Assembly: GCF_032444005.1 (NCBI RefSeq) | Contig: NC_091284.1 | Location: 829,436,001-829,500,000, forward strand | DNA length: 64,000 bases | From: Ranitomeya imitator | Taxonomy: Eukaryota | Direction: 5' to 3' | In this document: one piece after another, positions 61,477 through 64,000 of the stretch | Layout: every line of letters begins with the position of its first letter | How positions within the stretch are numbered: position 1 is the first letter of the stretch | Notes under the pieces: generated by a model | The model's database searches: none | What the model was told of the DNA's origin: nothing | The model's input: only the letters and a program-made list of their open reading frames with translations | Translations under genes and position numbers: made by a program

Positions 61477-62894
61477 TGTCACGATAATGTATGAAATGTA
61501 ATATAAGTTTTAGTTTCTCTTGCTAGCCCATGATGTGGGCTAAAACCCCCCTTCTCTGTGTTCCTGTTCTGAGATGTGTATGTGCAGCTCCCAAACCCCT
61601 CATGCCCCTCCCAAAAGAATTTTTACGATCGCTTGTGTCGGCTCAAACCTTCCTCCAGCAGAAACTGGTCTGATCTCCTTCTTTAAAGGCAAGAAGTCCT
61701 TTGTTCCATTATAGTGAGATATTGGGCCAACGGTTTAGGCTAGGAAAATAATACGTCCAGTTTGTGAATCTCCATCTGCGGATCTATCAGCTGCGGTAAG
61801 CGCGGGTTTCTAGTTCCAACAGGGATAGAGTATGGATTTCTCTGGAACTATGCATCCCATCAAGCCCAAATTTGGTCTCATTAGAACCCCAATGTCAATG
61901 CAAGATGAATGCTGGGTGTGTTATGATTCTGACATGTTCTGTAGCGGAGATACAGGCATTAGACAAACTTGTGTTAAATTTAGTAAGACTGAAGAGATAG
62001 GAGGGTCTGAGGAAACCAGCCCTGTTAGTGATGTCACGAGGCTGTGGTTATTTAAGTGACTCCACTCTACCCAGTCTTCAGAGTCTGTCAGAGTCTGTCT
62101 GAGTCTTACCAGAGGAGCTCTGACTGCTAGCCCTGATGAACTGGGAAATTTGGAGCTCCGTTCACTAGCCTGGTTACCTGAAATGACCTGAACACATGTA
62201 AGTGTTAATTTCTCATTTAACCCGGTATTTTTATAATTACCTTGTACATATTTTCAATTGTCTCATTGTAACATCTTTATACCTTTTTATAAACACTGCC
62301 TTAACTTTTAATGGAGTAAAATATTTAAAATACTAGATTCGTTCTCCTGTTCTAAAACGTACCCTAAGTCTTCTGAAGGGAATTACGCTACTGTTTTGGG
62401 TTAGCTTCGGACCCGTTTAATCGAAGCTGGTGGCAGCATACCGTGTGCGAGGCCTTTGGGTGTCGTTGTAGCGACTGCGGCGTTGATAATTATTGTTCCT
62501 GCCTGAGCGGGAGTAGTTATATCACCTCGCAGCAGCATGCCCAATAGCCAGTACATAGCAGGCAGCCTTTCTGGCGACTAATTACCCTCGGTGCAGTACC
62601 TAATCTGACCTGAGAGTAAGGGGGGCGCCAGAGAGCTGCAAGTTCAAGCAGAGCTGTAAAGCGGGATATACATAAATCCCTGCAGTTTGTGGTATACTGA
62701 AGAGCAGTGGGATAACTAAAATAAGCCCCTGCTGTAAACCAAGAGGTCAATAGCCTTGTGTGTGTTTTTTCACCACATTGTAGCAGTGGAGGGATAACTA
62801 AGATAAGCCCCCTGCACATGTGATAGCCGTCTGTTGGCCTAAAGTCACCCCGATCCGTGACGTAGGGATGACGGTCACGGTGTGAATCGTGACA
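61477..62894. mobile_element. Solo LTR or LTR-like insertion (1418 bp)
   Basis: TGTCACGA...TCGTGACA termini; perfect 5-bp TSD ATACC; no coding capacity; interrupts minisatellite L. Confidence 0.85.
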
Positions 62895-63169
62895 ATACCC
62901 TAGAGCTGCACTCACTATTCTATTGGTGAAGTCATTACTGATCCTGTTACATGCTGTATTCTATGTCGGCAGATTGGTGAGTTCTGCTCTGGAGCATGTT
63001 TCAATCTGTACTTGGTACTCATTCTTCTCTCATGCAGTTTAGCAGATGACCGGTCACGGGGAGCCTTGTGCTGTATAATCAGGGCTCGTGCTGCCGAGAT
63101 CCTGGCGTTCTATGTGCAATACTATGTACTGATCGCTCTGTCAGGCCGCTTGCTCTGTTCTGCCGGGGC

Positions 63170-64000
63170 TGAGCGGTGACTGATCGTCGGTGGTGTCGTC
63201 TGCACGGAGCGGTGACTGATCGTTGGTGGTGTCGTCTGCGCGGAGCGGTGACTGATCGTTGGTGGTGTCGTCTGCGCGGAACGGTGACTGATCGCCGGTG
63301 GTGTCTGAGCTGAGCGGTGACTGATCGTCGGTGGTGTCCTGTGTGCTTAGCGGTGACTGATCGTTAGTGGTGTCGTCTGCACAGAGCGGTGACTGATCAT
63401 CAGTGGTGTCGTCTGAGCGGAGTGGTGGCTGATCATCAGTGGTGTCGCCTGCGCGGAGCAGTGACTGATCGTCAGTGGTGTCTGCACGGACCGGTGACTG
63501 ATCGTTGGTGGTGTCGTCTGCACTGAGCGGTGACTGATCGTCGGTGGTGTCGTCTGCACTGAGCGGTGACTGATCGTCGGTGGTGTCTGAGCTGAGCGGT
63601 GACTGATAGTCGGTGGTGTCCTGTGTGCTTAGCGGTGACTGATCGTCGGTGGTGTCGTCTGCACGCAGCGGTGACTGATCGTCGGTGGTGTCGCCTGCGC
63701 AGAGCGGTGACTGATCGTCGGTGGTGTCTGCACGGACCGGTGATTGATCGTTGGTGGTGTCGTCTGCACTGAGCGGTGACTGATCGTCGGTGGTGTCGTT
63801 TGCGCGGAACGGTGACTGATCGTCGGTGGTGTCTGAGCTGAGCGGTGACTGATAGTCGGTGGTGTCCTGTGTGCTTAGCGGTGACTGATCGTCGGTGGTG
63901 TCGTCTGCACGCAGCGGTGACTGATCGTCGGTGGTGTCGCCTGCGCAGAGCGGTGACTGATCGTCGGTGGTGTCGTCTGCGCGGAGCGGTGACTGATCAT
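63170..64000. repeat. 36-bp CpG-rich minisatellite M (runs off the window end)
   Basis: Unit GAGCGGTGACTGATCGTCGGTGGTGTCGTCTGCACG; period 36 (63181 and 63217). Confidence 0.93.

Noticed and set aside
62895-63170. Possible fourth XRRA1 exon
   Set aside because: No AG-bounded frame with LRR-like similarity was found; probably beyond the window.

Overview
Repeat-dense vertebrate genomic window, most likely anuran (inferred from the repeat landscape, not proven). It carries the gene cluster XRRA1-SPCS2-NEU3, in the same order and orientation as human 11q13. NEU3 (sialidase, minus strand) has coding exons 26876-26676 and 25886-24903 (394 aa). SPCS2 (minus strand) has 5 coding exons, 51482-44411 (201 aa), and a U12-type AT-AC intron 3. 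The first three coding exons of XRRA1 are on the plus strand (51870-60796), head-to-head with SPCS2 across a bidirectional promoter. The rest is minisatellite arrays and transposons. These include an intact DD34E Tc1, a fold-back Tc1, a decayed Tc1, three non-autonomous Helitrons, hAT and Harbinger MITEs nested four levels deep, and an L2 LINE interrupted by a Gag-protease-only Ty3/Gypsy element whose PBS looks self-priming. There is one N gap (50160-50312). No CRISPR array, tRNA or rRNA was seen. The most interesting observations are the self-priming LTR element, a minisatellite made of NEU3's own 5' splice site, CTCF-motif arrays between SPCS2 and NEU3, and a CLEAR-box/uORF-bearing candidate NEU3 first exon.
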